A program made the translations under genes and the position numbers. From assembly GCF_000143415.4 (NCBI RefSeq), contig NW_003314277.1:445183-509182 (forward strand): DNA of 64,000 bases, given 5' to 3'. Under the pieces are notes generated by a model. It worked only from the letters and a program-made list of their open reading frames with translations, did not search any database and was not told the DNA's origin. The stretch's first letter is position 1, and every line of letters starts with the position of its first letter. Shown here one piece after another: positions 22,591 to 35,160 of the stretch. This stretch comes from Selaginella moellendorffii (Eukaryota > Plantae > Lycopodiophyta).

Positions 22591-25254
22591 GTGTGCATGC
22601 ATGTGTATGGCCATTGCCATAAAGAATAAAAACTGGCTCTGCCACACGATATAAGTGTAGACGGCAACATGTGGTAACAAGTCGAGCAATAGAAAATAAG
22701 CTCAAACTTATAACTAACACGGAGAGAATAATAAGAGACCACTTGTTTTAAAAACGAGCTTGGGAAGTAAACACTATATGAACTGGTATTGAGTGAACCC
22801 CTTGATGATACTCCCGAAAAAAAGATGAAGGGGTCACTGACTTATTTGCGCAAGGTCCCTCCATTACTCGTGCGACTCCTCGTTTCCCGAATGCATCTCG
22901 GTGTCCAGACCTTCCACTGCAGCAGCACCAATAGGACATTGTTGACACCAAGGTCTCCACCCAAGAAATGGAGGTCGCCAATCCGGAAAACACCGACAAT
23001 GCTAATAAGTGTGACCAACTTCATCACATGCCCAACAATAAACATTACAGCTATGACCACGTCCTTGCCTTTGTCCTTGGACTCAAGCAGCAGCAGCATC
23101 AATCTCCATTGGAATAGGACCATCACTCATAGGGAGTGGAGGAGAAGGATGTGTAGTGAGAAATGGAAGAGGCAACACTCATAATGTTATGTCAGGTGAA
23201 GAGTGTCGTCAAGGGTGGCTGGAGCAAGTGCATGCACAAGTCCAACAAGATCTTGACGAAGTGCTGGCCATAACATTCCTAGCTTGATCCGCTCTGACAT
23301 ATTTGGCTCTGCACGAAGCAAGAGGCTTTGGAAACGAACGCCAAATTGCATCACCAACTCAGATGGCCCTTGACGAAGCGGATGCAATTGCTGGAAGGCA
23401 TCATCATAATCATTGGCATGTCCAAATGCGCATTTAAAGACGTCCAGAAGAACACTCCAATCCTCACGAGTAGCTATGCTCAAACCATTGTACCACTACA
23501 ACACTGTCCTTTGGAGACACGTAAGACACTTATGCAAAACGTCGAGCATCATCCCAAGAATGATATGTGGCAATCATTGTGAAGTGATCAAACTAATGGT
23601 ACAGATCATCCCTAGGATTCCTACGAAAGAACTCCGGCCGAACATGAGGATTGGCACCAAGAGCAAAACGAATTGTACCACGTGCTGTGAATGCTACCAT
23701 CAACTAAGTTTGGTTGTTCAATTGCAATTGCATAGCATCAAACAATTGCACCAACTGCTGCTCCAAAGTCAGAGGAGGAGATTGTTGCTCTGCTATGAAA
23801 ATGAATGAAAAGGAAAAAACAAAAAAAAGGAAATGAGAAAGAACTGGAAAGAAAGGGAGATTTAGACAATAGAAAAGCTAGATCTAAACCAAAATCTTGA
23901 GAGAGAAGAACAAAAGAAAGGGAATGGAAAAAATTAGATCAAAACAATGCAAAAACTAAATCTAAACCAAAATCCCAAATCCAAACACTCCTTAGGGACA
24001 AGGAAATGTGCCCTTCATCTCCACCAATGTAAGTGCTTAGAATATGGAAAGGGAATACAAAAAATGTGTATATAAATTAGCCCAAAAACCCTAGTTTATA
24101 TATAAGAACGAATGGTCCAGATTAAAATCAATCCGATGGTTACCAAAATCCCACTATGCTAATATTAGTATACGGCATTGTAGCTGTACACTTGGCCTTC
24201 ACAATATTATATTTTTAAGTTTTTTAATTGATTTTTTAAATAATTTTTTTTAATTGTAAGGTAGAAAGAATTTATTATAACCCTTTTTTAATAAAAATTT
24301 GCTATATAGTATTTTAAGTAAATAGTGCCACCCATATTTGGATTGAGGTATTGACTATTTGATTTCATAAATGAGCTAGAGTGGACTTTTGAACATTTTA
24401 CCCAGTAACCCCATTTGTCTATTCATGTTCATTTTAACTTTAAACTCTATGTTTATATCATCATCCACCACATTTTATGGTCATACTAATTCCCCTAGAT
24501 TCTTCCCCCTTTTATCCTGTATTTATAAAGGAGTCAGAAAACTAACTTATTGCCCTACTTACTTAGTTTGTATATTTCATAGTGCAATAAAATTCAAGTG
24601 CACTATATTTGATCATCATTGGTCTTACTAAGAAAAGTATATTCTTAATCCTAAAATTAAAAAAACATCACTGGTGGTAGGAATTTGAGATCTCAAGATT
24701 ACTATTCTATAATCTCTAATAGATTTTAGCCCATTTTTAGATTTTGAGGCTAAGAAGATATTTCCACAAATCTAAATCTCTGTAATCAGTTTCAAATTAC
24801 ATATTTAGTTCTCTCTATTTTGATTTGATGACCAGTCTCCAACTGTTAATTGATATATTAGAGATACCAATAAAACTAACTACTGGGATAAACACTAGTT
24901 CAAATTGTGTTAAACAAAGTTTAACATAATTTCAATATACTAATAACTATAATATACAATTTCAATTTTAAAGGTAAAAATATACCTAATCATAACCCAG
25001 CACCTGGGCCTTTGTCAGAAAGCGAGATCAAGAGATCCGGTCCCAGAAATAGCAATGATGCCAAGGAGTGCCAGAACTCCAAGTCCACAAGGATAAGGAT
25101 AAGTTTGTAGAGAGAAGAAATCCTAATCTTAACCAAAAGGATTCAATAAAGAGATTGAGTCTTTCAAGTCAAGTCACATTTAGAATTATGGTCTAGTCAG
25201 AAGTTAAATTCTAGAGTTTTATGATGCCATAAATATCAAGCTCTGTGTGATTTC

Positions 25255-25730
25255 CAAGGTTAGATTTGAAGAAATAAGAGTTCAAATTGCGTGGTGAAGC
25301 ACTTATCTAGTTCCAGTTTAGCGGTTTGCTTCTTCGCTTGCAGGTCCCTCCCATGAGAAAAAAACGAGGGACCAGGAGAAAGAGAGAAAGAACCTGTAAT
25401 CTTTCCAGAGTCTTGGAGTATTAAAAACGTATCAATGTTCGCAACTGAAAACACAACAAGCAACTTCTCCTTGTTGGAAATATCTTCCACATTCTCCGCC
25501 AGCTCCACGCCCCACCGCATGGCAAGACCTTGCTCGTGATCCCACCCAGGTCGGCTTCACCACGCATCACATAGAAACTATGAGCACCAAGAGCCGAGAG
25601 ACCTTCTTCCAATGGTCACGGCCCAGGCAGTGCCTGCGTTGAAGTAGGCATTTAACTTTGTTCCAGAATCCTGAGAACAAAACTCTGCCCATCAGAAAAA
25701 CAAACTTGGCATCATTTGCATCTGCATCAG
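25255..25730 (-). pseudogene. Decayed Lung-7TM fragment (inverted)
   Basis: Translates in pieces to GGITSKVL, ELAENVEDISNKEKLLVVF and AKKQTAKLEL. Confidence 0.8.
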
Positions 25731-26049
25731 TCCTCTGCGTCAAAGGAAAGACGCATCTTATAGACTTGCTATTGCTTTGCAGCTATCGTGAATGCTACAA
25801 TTGTGTGACGAAAGAAAAAAGGGACGAGCGTAGAAAGAGTCGCGTGATTTGCCTTCGGCAGCTGAACGTATTACCTCTAGCGAACCCCGGTTTCTCATGG
25901 GAAATCCATTGGGCGAAATGCAAGTTCGCTTGTGCATCGCAAGTCGGCTCGGAAATCAAAGCCCACCATGGGAGCCTAGAAATCTCTTGTTTCTTTCGCG
26001 ATATTTTCCTTGGCAAAAAACGAGGCGCTGCGTTATAACTTGATAACAG

Positions 26050-27785
26050 AAAGCAAGGACGATCTCCCCAGGTGCGATGGCTTCGGTGGCGAACCGGCCG
26101 AGGCCACCGGAGTCACCGCGGAGAAGCTTCACTGGCCCGACAAACTCCGTGAAAGTTGGAACGTCCTCGCTCTTGCAGCCTAGGCTCAGGTAGCGGTGGA
26201 GGTCGTCAGAGATGTCCCGTTCTTCGCTCTTGTCCATGAACTCGATTATGAGCCCGTTGATCGCTGCTGCAGCAGAGCTAGCTTGTACGCCTGCACTGCG
26301 TCTTTGTATTTGAGCATGCCGTGGAGAGCTCGCCCCTTCCTCGTCAGCAACTTCACTGAGAGGACGTTCTCCGTGGCATTCGTGAGCGCCAGTGCCTTCT
26401 CCGCGTTCTGAAGGGCACAGAAGAAGTTCTCGAGCTCAAGGTGGCAGTGGGAAGCGTTTCCGAATGCCAGAAGCTTGTCCCTCTCGTTGTCAGCCTTCGA
26501 AATGCTCAGGTTGTAGAGCTCTATAGCCGCCAGGTATTGCTTCCTGTGGAAGTGCTGGTTGCCCAAGCTGCGAAGCTCGCTGGACGCTTTCTGGCCGAGT
26601 TCGCGCATGGTAGTCGGGAAGCAGGAGACGATCTCTACGTTTCCTGAGCATCGAAAGTTCACATACAAATGATAAAACACAATAGATTTACTTTACCTGG
26701 ATTATCAACAACGCAACGTCCTTCCAGCCGAAGGTGCTTTTTCACTGTTATCGATGCGCCCTTGGGATATAGTGCTTCCAGTTCCTCCAGGGAAGAGTCG
26801 CTTCGAGCTACAAATAGAAGACGAACTTCGATCGGTCCGGACAGATAGAGGATGAAATCGTTGCTTCCGCCCAATTTGGATCCCTCGATTGTCCCACTCA
26901 GCGCCAGTTGCTCTTCTCGCAGGCGATTCATGCCGCCAAGCTCAAAATTTATCACCTTTGGGGCCCTCGTGATCAAGCTATGGAGTCGTTGTCGTTTTTG
27001 AGCCTCTCGTGAGATGCCAGGAAATAAGTCCTGCCCAAGGGAAAGAAGTTGAATCGAGCTTTAAACAGTCTTCACTAAACTCACCTCCTGGAGCTCCGGA
27101 ATGCCCTCCCAGGATGCAGGCGCACTATCACTGGTCGAGGCGCCCTTCCGGAAGCAAAACACAGCAACAAAAGGAATGACACGCTCGGACTGGTTGTATG
27201 TTACCTCGTTCTTTTCTTTCCAACGATCGTCCGAGAACAAGTCGTCAATGATCTAACAATAGTCCACACGAAATCCAGTGTGCTTAGACGAAAGAATAAA
27301 ATACTAGAGTCGGTTTGTACCTCCTGGTCGACGAAGTCGCGAATTCTAGAGAGCGCAACCTCCATGTTTTTGCGAATTTTTTGTACACCCTAGGTGTAAC
27401 AAAATGCTTCTTAGAAGAAGTTTGAAGCTTTCAGAGAGTACCTCGCATAGAATCTCGGATGCCGAGACAGCGAAATCTATCATCCGGAGCTGACTTGGCT
27501 GTGGATTCGAAGGAACAAAGCAAGAATCTGAGAGAGAAATGTGAGGAAACCGAGAAAATACCCTGTCATCGACCCCCATTTGCATCATCAAGTCAACAAG
27601 CTGCGATGCCGGTGCCCGGGACGAAGATGCGCCCTTGGAAAAAAGCTCCATCAGGGAATCACGCGACAAGCCTGTGCCGAATCGAAATATACCGCAATCG
27701 ATCGCCCCGCCTCCGAAATATCGCCGCGGGAGGCACTAGACGCTGCCGGATCCGGCACAGAAGCATTCCGGGAGCGCCTAGACAT
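26050..27785 (-). pseudogene. TPR-SET family copy C, frameshifted and 3'-truncated at the start of the SET domain
   Basis: Same exon series as 37873-40739; frameshift giving LLQQRSTGS*; homology stops after GEIVL. Confidence 0.85.
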
Positions 27786-27852
27786 CGTATCTGCAAGCAC
27801 AGGATCTCGCGAGGACGAAGAGGGGGACGCCGTATTACCTTCTCTTGCTCGC

Positions 27853-28142
27853 NNNNNNNNNNNNNNNNNNNNNNNNNNNNNNNNNNNNNNNNNNNNNNNN
27901 NNNNNNNNNNNNNNNNNNNNNNNNNNNNNNNNNNNNNNNNNNNNNNNNNNNNNNNNNNNNNNNNNNNNNNNNNNNNNNNNNNNNNNNNNNNNNNNNNNNN
28001 NNNNNNNNNNNNNNNNNNNNNNNNNNNNNNNNNNNNNNNNNNNNNNNNNNNNNNNNNNNNNNNNNNNNNNNNNNNNNNNNNNNNNNNNNNNNNNNNNNNN
28101 NNNNNNNNNNNNNNNNNNNNNNNNNNNNNNNNNNNNNNNNNN
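27853..28142. other. Assembly gap (290 N)
   Basis: Run of n. Confidence 1.
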
Positions 28143-28609
28143 CATGTCATTTGATATTCCCGCGTTCCGATTAGCTTACTATGTAGTAGAGGTTATTCAG
28201 CTAAACTGTCCGTCATTACACCAAACTAAATCTATAATCTCATGTAGAAAAAAGAATTTAGTTTAAGTACTACTGGAAAATTTCTAAAGAATTTAAGAAG
28301 TTCACAATATGAAATTTTCATTAAACAATATTTGCAAAAAAAAATCATAAGTAATTTATTATGGATGTTATATAAACTTTATTACTCATTTTAAGAAACA
28401 CTATTACCATGTAATTTTAGGATAAGCGTTTTATGTGGTATTATTGAGTTTCAAAGACCTTTCAAAAAGGAAATCATTATTTACATACATTTTGTAAGTA
28501 TAGCTTAAGTCATTATTGTGAATAAGAAACTTTAGTAATTTAAAAACTTAAAACTTTAATATTAAAGATTTAGCTTTGTATATTCTTTTATACTTATATA
28601 ATTCTTAAA

Positions 28610-29476
28610 TTAAAATGAACATAGTTTATGGTTGAATGTACCTGATGCCCACAAGATAGTATTAGGAAACTTTGATGAATAAACTACTAAATTACAGTCA
28701 TTTTGAACAGTAAATAATGTTGATAATATACAATTTCTACAATATTTATTTGTAGCCCATAAATGTTTTTTATTAGAATAAATAACTAAATTACCATCAT
28801 ATTGTAATATTAGGAAACAATTATCATAACCTTTTGATGTAATTTCTGATTCCCAAAGTTTTTGCTTTAATGAATATAAAACTATCTTACAACTATATTC
28901 CATCACTAAAACATTTTTACCATTCTGAGAAATTAAAAAATTATTAATATGTAAAGTTGAATCAGAAAATAAAGTACTTATGCTAAGATAGCAAGCATTT
29001 ATACTATCAAAACCAATATTTTGACTTTGATATATTAGTTCATGTGATGTACCATCTAGTTTATATCTTATAAGATAATTTTCACTTTCTTTTTCAAAAT
29101 AATCTGAGAGTGATTCATATAAAATATTTCTACTAAACTGTAAAATTCGATCAATTCCACGTATAATATTATTTCCTATAATTTCTGTAGATTTATCCTT
29201 TAGTGAACATTGATCTTTAACTTTAATTATCAAATCAACATATCCTTGAGATGTTAGTATTCTATCTTCATCAGAAAATGTTACAGGATAATCATAATTA
29301 TGTTGAATTTTATATAATAAGCTATTAACACCCGTAATTATTCTAGTAATATCTTGGTATGTTAAAATTCCTATTCGTCCAAGTTTAGGTGTATATTTTT
29401 TAGGTGCAACAACAAAATCTAGTTTAATTAATAAGATAATGCAAAGAATTAAGAAATAAAACTTTAAAAAGGCCAT
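28610..29476 (-). CDS. Secreted RNase-like(?) domain + bulb-type lectin; paralogue 2
   Basis: Intact ORF from ATG 29476, colinear with 6319-7164 (roughly 70% aa identity by eye); motifs QYDGNLVIY and QNDCNLVVY. Confidence 0.8.
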   Translation of the reverse strand: MAFLKFYFLILCIILLIKLDFVVAPKKYTPKLGRIGILTYQDITRIITGVNSLLYKIQHNYDYPVTFSDEDRILTSQGYVDLIIKVKDQCSLKDKSTEIIGNNIIRGIDRILQFSRNILYESLSDYFEKESENYLIRYKLDGTSHELIYQSQNIGFDSINACYLSISTLFSDSTLHINNFLISQNGKNVLVMEYSCKIVLYSLKQKLWESEITSKGYDNCFLILQYDGNLVIYSNKKHLWATNKYCRNCILSTLFTVQNDCNLVVYSSKFPNTILWASGTFNHKLCSF

Positions 29477-29654
29477 GTTTACTTCTCCCAAAAAACTTTA
29501 TTTTAATGTTAGCTTTTTCTTACTTTTTGTTTTTATTTATAACGATTTTTTTTATGCTAACTTTAGAGAGAAAAAACATATATATAACCCTAAAAAATCC
29601 CTACCTAAAACATCATGTTAAGCAAATCTTCACTAATGCATTTCACTACTGGAA

Positions 29655-30110
29655 GTTGTAGGCCTCTGTAGATTTAAGTAGAACAATATCCTTATGTGCC
29701 ATACTTCGTGACCAATTATACAAACTATTCATGCTATGATTGCTTAGAGCATTGGCAAAGTTCTTGTACAGAAAGCCCCAGGGAACAGAGAAAGAACTTG
29801 CAAGCTTTCCAGAGACTTCGACGGCAAGGAAAAAATCCAGAGTATGAAATAGGCATCGTGGAACTCAAAGTACCAAAAGTAACTTCTCCTTGTTGGGAAA
29901 ACTATGGAGTTGGACCAGTTCCAAAGTCTTGATCTCGCCATAAAATATGCCCACCGCACAGCAAGACCTTGATTGTGATCCCATCCAGCATTGACTTCAC
30001 CATCCCGTATCCCATATAATCTATGAGACCGAAGAGCCGAAAGACAAAAATCTAGCAAGCACCACAAAGCCATCTTAGCAACCACAGGCATTTCTCCGTT
30101 TCTAGAAACT
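29655..30110 (-). pseudogene. Decayed Lung-7TM fragment upstream of lectin paralogue 2
   Basis: Reverse complement matches 5100-5710 (AAGATGGCTTTGTGGT, GGATACGGGATGGTGAAG, TTCTACTTAAATCTACAGAGGC) with deletions. Confidence 0.8.
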
Positions 30111-31502
30111 TGGAGAGAAAACACATCATCTGGTCATCTCAAGCATCTTTTAAGACTTGGGCTTTGAGAGAATTTTTCCATTTTTTTCCAGTTCTATTTC
30201 TCATATCTTAAATATAGTTATTTTATTTTTACTTATTTTTTATGATCCAAATTTTTTAATATGAGTTTAAACATAAAAGCTACATTGTGCTTTTAGCGTT
30301 GAGTGACCATTAAAACCCCTCAACACTTGCGGCGTCCTCCGAGGTATGTGATTTGCTTCTAGCAGGCGATCGATTCTCATCCCTCACGAGGATCTTGCCT
30401 ATTTTACCCATGCGAGGTCGAAAAGAGGTAGGAACTATCTTTACAAAATTTTGCTCCAGGTTGTCTACCCCAAAGACGAACTCCATTGCCGGTGAAGAAA
30501 GACTGCATTGCCATTGACAATCCAGGTAACTTTGTCTTCTTTGAGAATGATACTTCAGGGAAGACAACGTAAGGTTCCTTGCGATGCACAAGCTTCGGAA
30601 ATTAAACTTGTAATTCGTCCAAGGAATTGTTTGCCCCTTGAGAAACCGTGAGGTAATATAGTACGCAAGTCTATAAGTTCTCATCTTCGATGCAGAGGGC
30701 TGACGCAGATGATGCTAAGTTTGTTTTCCTGACAAGCAGACTGTCGTTTCCAGGTTTCTGGATGGAAAACTGCCCGCGCTTGCACAAGATGGACGCTACC
30801 TTTAATGCAACGACGGGAATCACTGCCTGGGCGGTGACCATTGGAGCAGGAAGACGCTCTCGTGGCTGGCATCACGTCAAAAGCAAACACTGATGGTGAG
30901 CTCTTAAGCTTGATGCGATCGACGCTTCTAAAAGCCTTCGTTTCTCTCACAGGACGATAGTCTTCGTGAGAAGGTTTGAACGACAAGTTAAAGCTGAATT
31001 ATCTAAAGTTTTGAACGAAGACCATGCTGGTAAGTTTCATGTTCATTAGAACAGAGAAGTTCGAAAGTGAGTTTCGAGGTCTTATTCTCATTCTGGCGCC
31101 AGAGGCTTGTAGGCTACTAAGAGGCCGCTTTTAAAGCTCTTGATTCTTACGAAGCCTAGCAATTTCGAGGACGTGCTGGTACGTTTGGGTTTCGTTCCAA
31201 AATATAAAAAATTTCTCGCTATATTTTGGTTTTCAAAGAAGCTTTTCGTAAGTTCTCGAAGCTGGATTTTGATCCAAAAGCATATATCCCCACATTCCCG
31301 ATCCAACGGCTTCATTTTTATTCACACAAGAAGGCGGGAATATCGGGCGGACGTTTTCAAATGACATTGCATCGGACGGCTGCGCTTAAATTGTTTTGTG
31401 CCCGGGTGTTTGGGTTTAGGGCTTCAGGCAAACGCGAGCAAGGAGAGGTAATCCGGCGTCCTCCCCTCTTCGTCCTCGCGAGATCCTATGCTTGCAGATA
31501 CG

Positions 31503-34271
31503 ATGTCTAGGCGCTCTGTGCCGGATCGGGCAGCGTCTAGTGCCTCTGGCGGCGATATTTCGGAGGCGGATCGATCGATTGTGGTATATTTCGATTCGGC
31601 ACAGGCTTGTCGCGTGATTCCGTGATGGAGCTTTGATTTCTAAGGGCACATCTTCATCCGGGGCGTCAGCATCACAGCGTGGCGACTCGATGATGCAGAT
31701 GGGGGTCGATGACAGGGTATTTTCTCGGTTTCCTCACATTGCTCTCTCAGATTATTGTTTTGTTTTTTCCTTCGCCAAGTCAGCTCCGGATGACAAATAT
31801 CTTTGTCTCGGCATCCGATATTCTACGCGAGGTACTTTCTGAATGCTTCAAACTTCTTCTAAGCATACACCTAGGGTGTGCAAACACTTCGCAAAAACAT
31901 GGGGATTGATCTCTCCAAACTTCCAGACAATGAGGTACAAGACTCTAGTATTAAAGCTTTTATTCTTTCGTCTGATCACGCTGGCTTTGGTGTGAATTAT
32001 TGTTAGATCATTAAGGCCTTGTTCTCGGACGATCGCTGGAAAGAAGTGCGAGAAAAGAACAAGGTAACTTACAACCAAGTGTGACCAAATTTTTCACTGT
32101 GTTATTGCTGTGTTTTGCTTCTGGAAGGGCGCCTCGACCAGTGATAGTAAGCCTGCATCCTGGGAGAGCCTTCCGGAGCTCCAGGAGGTGAGTTTACAGG
32201 AGACTGTTTAAAGCTCGATTCAACTTCTTTTGTGCCCAGGACTTGTTTCCCGACATCTGTCTACCAGAGGCTCAAAAACGACAACGTCTCCATAGCTTGA
32301 TCACGACCAAGGCTGATAACTTTTGCGCTTGGCGACATGAATCGCCCGCGAGAAGAGCAACTCTCTCCATCGGCGCTGAGTGGGACTATCGAGGGATCCA
32401 AATTGGGCGGAAGCAACGATTTCATCCTCTATCTGCCCGGGCAAATCGAAGTTCGTCTTCTTTTTGTCGCTCGAAGCGACTCTTCCCTGGAGGAACTGGA
32501 AGCACTATATCCCAAGGGAGCATCGATAACCGTGAAAAAGCACTTACGGCTGGAGGGGCGCTGCGTTGTTGAGAATCCTAGTAAGTAATCTACTGTTGGT
32601 TTTATCATTCGTGTCATGACTTTCGAACGGTGCTCAGGAAACGTAGAGATCATATCCTGCTTCCCGACGACCATGGACGAACTCCACCAGAAAACATCCG
32701 GCGAGCTCCGCAGCTTGGCTAACGAGCACTTCCACATGAAGCAGTGCCTGGCGGCTGTGGAGCTCTACGACCTGAGCATTTCGAAGGCTGACAATGACAC
32801 GGACAAGCTTCTGGCTCTCGGCAACGCATCGGAGTGCTACCTTGAGCTCGAGAACTTCTTCCTTGCCCTTCAGAACGCGGAGAAGGCTCTGGCGCTCGCG
32901 GATGCCACGGAGAACGTCCCCACCTCGGTGAAGTTGCTGACAAGGAAAGGGCGAGCTCTCCATGGCATGCTCAAATACAAAGATGCAATGCAGGCATACA
33001 AGCTAGCTCTCTCTCGCTGCAGCATTGAGCAACGGGCTGGCATCATCAAGCTCATGGACAAGAGCGAAGAACGCGACATCTCCGACGACCTCCACCGCTA
33101 CCTGAGCCGAGGCTGCAAGAGCAACGACGCTCCAACTTTCCTGGACTTTGTCGGGCCAGTGAAGTTTCGGAGCCGTAGAGATGGTGGCATTCGCCTATTC
33201 GCCACCGAGGACATCGAGGCCGGGAAGATCGTCCTTCTGAGCAACGCACTGGGCTACGTCCGTGACATGTACACTGAGCATGCCGTCGTCGACGTCTACG
33301 TCAAGCTCGTACAAGCCGCACTGAAGTCTCCGAGAACTTCGCTGCAGCTCCATTACCTTTGGAGGAAGATTTTCGACGAGGATAAGGCTGGGATCCCACC
33401 AATGCGAGTGTTCATGCCAAACTCCGATATTGACTGGACAGAGAAGCGTGCCGTGGAGACGGACAAGATCAGGCACATTCTCGAGCACAACTTCAAGCTG
33501 GGCTTTGTCGGGGGCGTGTGGACGCTGCCGGGGTTCATCGCACACAGCTGCAGGGGAAACTTATGCGTGGTGCAAGTTGGACCCGCCAAGATCTTCCGGG
33601 CGACTTTGGACATCGAAAAGGGAGAGGAGCTCACGTACTCTTATGCTCCCTCTTTCGAGATCCTTCCTGTGGGCCTCCGCCAAGAGTTTATCAGCTGGTG
33701 CCGGTGCAGGCGGTGCACGATCGAGATGCTCTACCGGCGATGCGGCGGTCCCTACGAGAGCCTGTGCCTTCGTTACCAAAAGCATCTGAGTGAGTACAGG
33801 AGAGTCACCGAAGTGAAAACCAAGAACAGGCGACAGTTCATGGTAGAGCAAGAGCTCGTCCAGGTGGCAATAGACTCAGAGGAGATCCTCAAGCACACGA
33901 ACGAGAGCACGACGAACAAGACGGTCCTACGCATGTCCTTCGCTTCAGCGTACCTCCTCTACTTTCTCTACAAGGATTCTGCCCGCCAGGAAGCCGTCGA
34001 CGTGATGCCGAAGGATAGCGAGTTCTGCATGGATTTCATGAACGCTACCGTGACGAACCTCGAGAGCTTGGAGACGCTCACAGCAGGGCTTTTTCCCATG
34101 GCGTTCTACCCGACGATGACGAAGAAGAAGGAGGACCTCAGGACCATGGCGGATTGGTGCATCGACTACTGCTTCCAGATGCGCTACGGAGCGTCGATGA
34201 CGAAGAGCGCGAGGGTCAAATTCCTGAAATGGTTGCAGAGCGATGAGCCGGACAAAGCCAGGCGTGCCTGA
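31503..34271 (+). pseudogene. TPR-SET family copy A: large TPR-SET exon intact, 5-bp deletion frameshift in exon 7 (~32306)
   Basis: Exon-by-exon match to copy B. ACGACCAAGG versus ACGAGAGCCCCAAGG shifts the frame. The terminal exon (~32638-34271) is open with TPR and SET motifs, so a shorter product is possible. Confidence 0.75.
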
Positions 34272-34519
34272 GGTATGTCTTACATTCTCACTTTCTTCTA
34301 TTAAGTGTCTCTTGTTTTGCTAAGGAAAATACCGCGCGTAATCTAGCGTTTTTGAATGGACGGCTTCATGGAGGTAACCGGCAGCGGTCCCTTTCCTCTT
34401 CGAAATCCTGTGAGAGATGTCTAGGCGCTCCAAGCATGGTAGTGCTCAGCCGGAGGATAAAGTCTCTCCATCGGCTTCGTTACTTTGCGATGCACAAGCT
34501 TAACTTGAGGTAACATATA

Positions 34520-35160
34520 TCAATTCTTCGATGCAGAGGCAGATGATGCCAAGTTTGTTTGCCGTTCCAGGTTTCTAGAACGGCAAAATGCCTGCGCTAG
34601 ATGGCTTTGTGGTATAATTCGGTTTCTCGTTTCTATGGGATACGGGGTGGTGAAGCTGACGTTGGGTGGGATCACAAGCAAGGTCTTGCCGTGACGTGGA
34701 GCGTATTTCGTTGCGATCGAGCCTTTGGAGCTGGCGGAGAATGTCCACGAGTGGATGATTTTTTCAACAAGGAGAAGTTTTCTTCCAGTTGCGATCATCT
34801 ATGCGTTTTTCATGCTCTGGATGTTTTCCTCGCTGTCCAAGACTCCGGAATGTTAACAGGTTATTTCTCTCTTTCTGTTCGTTTTTTCTCTCTGTTTGGA
34901 TTAACTGGCAAAGATGCAAACCGCTTTCACCATAATCATAGCATCAACTGTTTGGATTGGCGGATTCACATAACGCGCTCGAATTTTTATCTCCAGTTGT
35001 ACTTCAAATCTACTGAGGGCAGTGGCAAACTGCATGTGGTTTTGGCATTTTGGATAGTGCTATCTTCCGTCGCTCTGCGTGATTTGCTACCCGTTAGAAG
35101 CCATCACAAGGTAACAAGATCAATGTTACGTAGATATTTTAAAGGTATGTTATGCCTAGC
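34520..35160 (+). pseudogene. Decayed Lung-7TM fragment
   Basis: Matches 5100-5875 including intron remnants (TTTCTATGGGATACGGGGTGGTGAA, GCCATCACAAGGTAACAAGATCA). Confidence 0.85.

Larger units (their letters stand above)
16676..24203 (-). mobile_element. Full-length but decayed Ty3/gypsy LTR retrotransposon with two nested insertions
   Basis: LTRs 24028-24203 and 16676-16835 (TG...CA); PBS TGGTGGAGATG (tRNA-Ala 3' end); PPT AAGATGAGGGAATGA; ATAT on both flanks. Domain order gag (~23500), protease (LILGMDWL), RT (FTKLDLAFEYWQV), RNase H (LCVDAS), integrase (FDFMGPFP, SAYHPQSN), with many stops and frameshifts. Confidence 0.93.

Noticed and set aside
27459-28266. ORFs spanning X runs
   Set aside because: Artefacts of the N gap.
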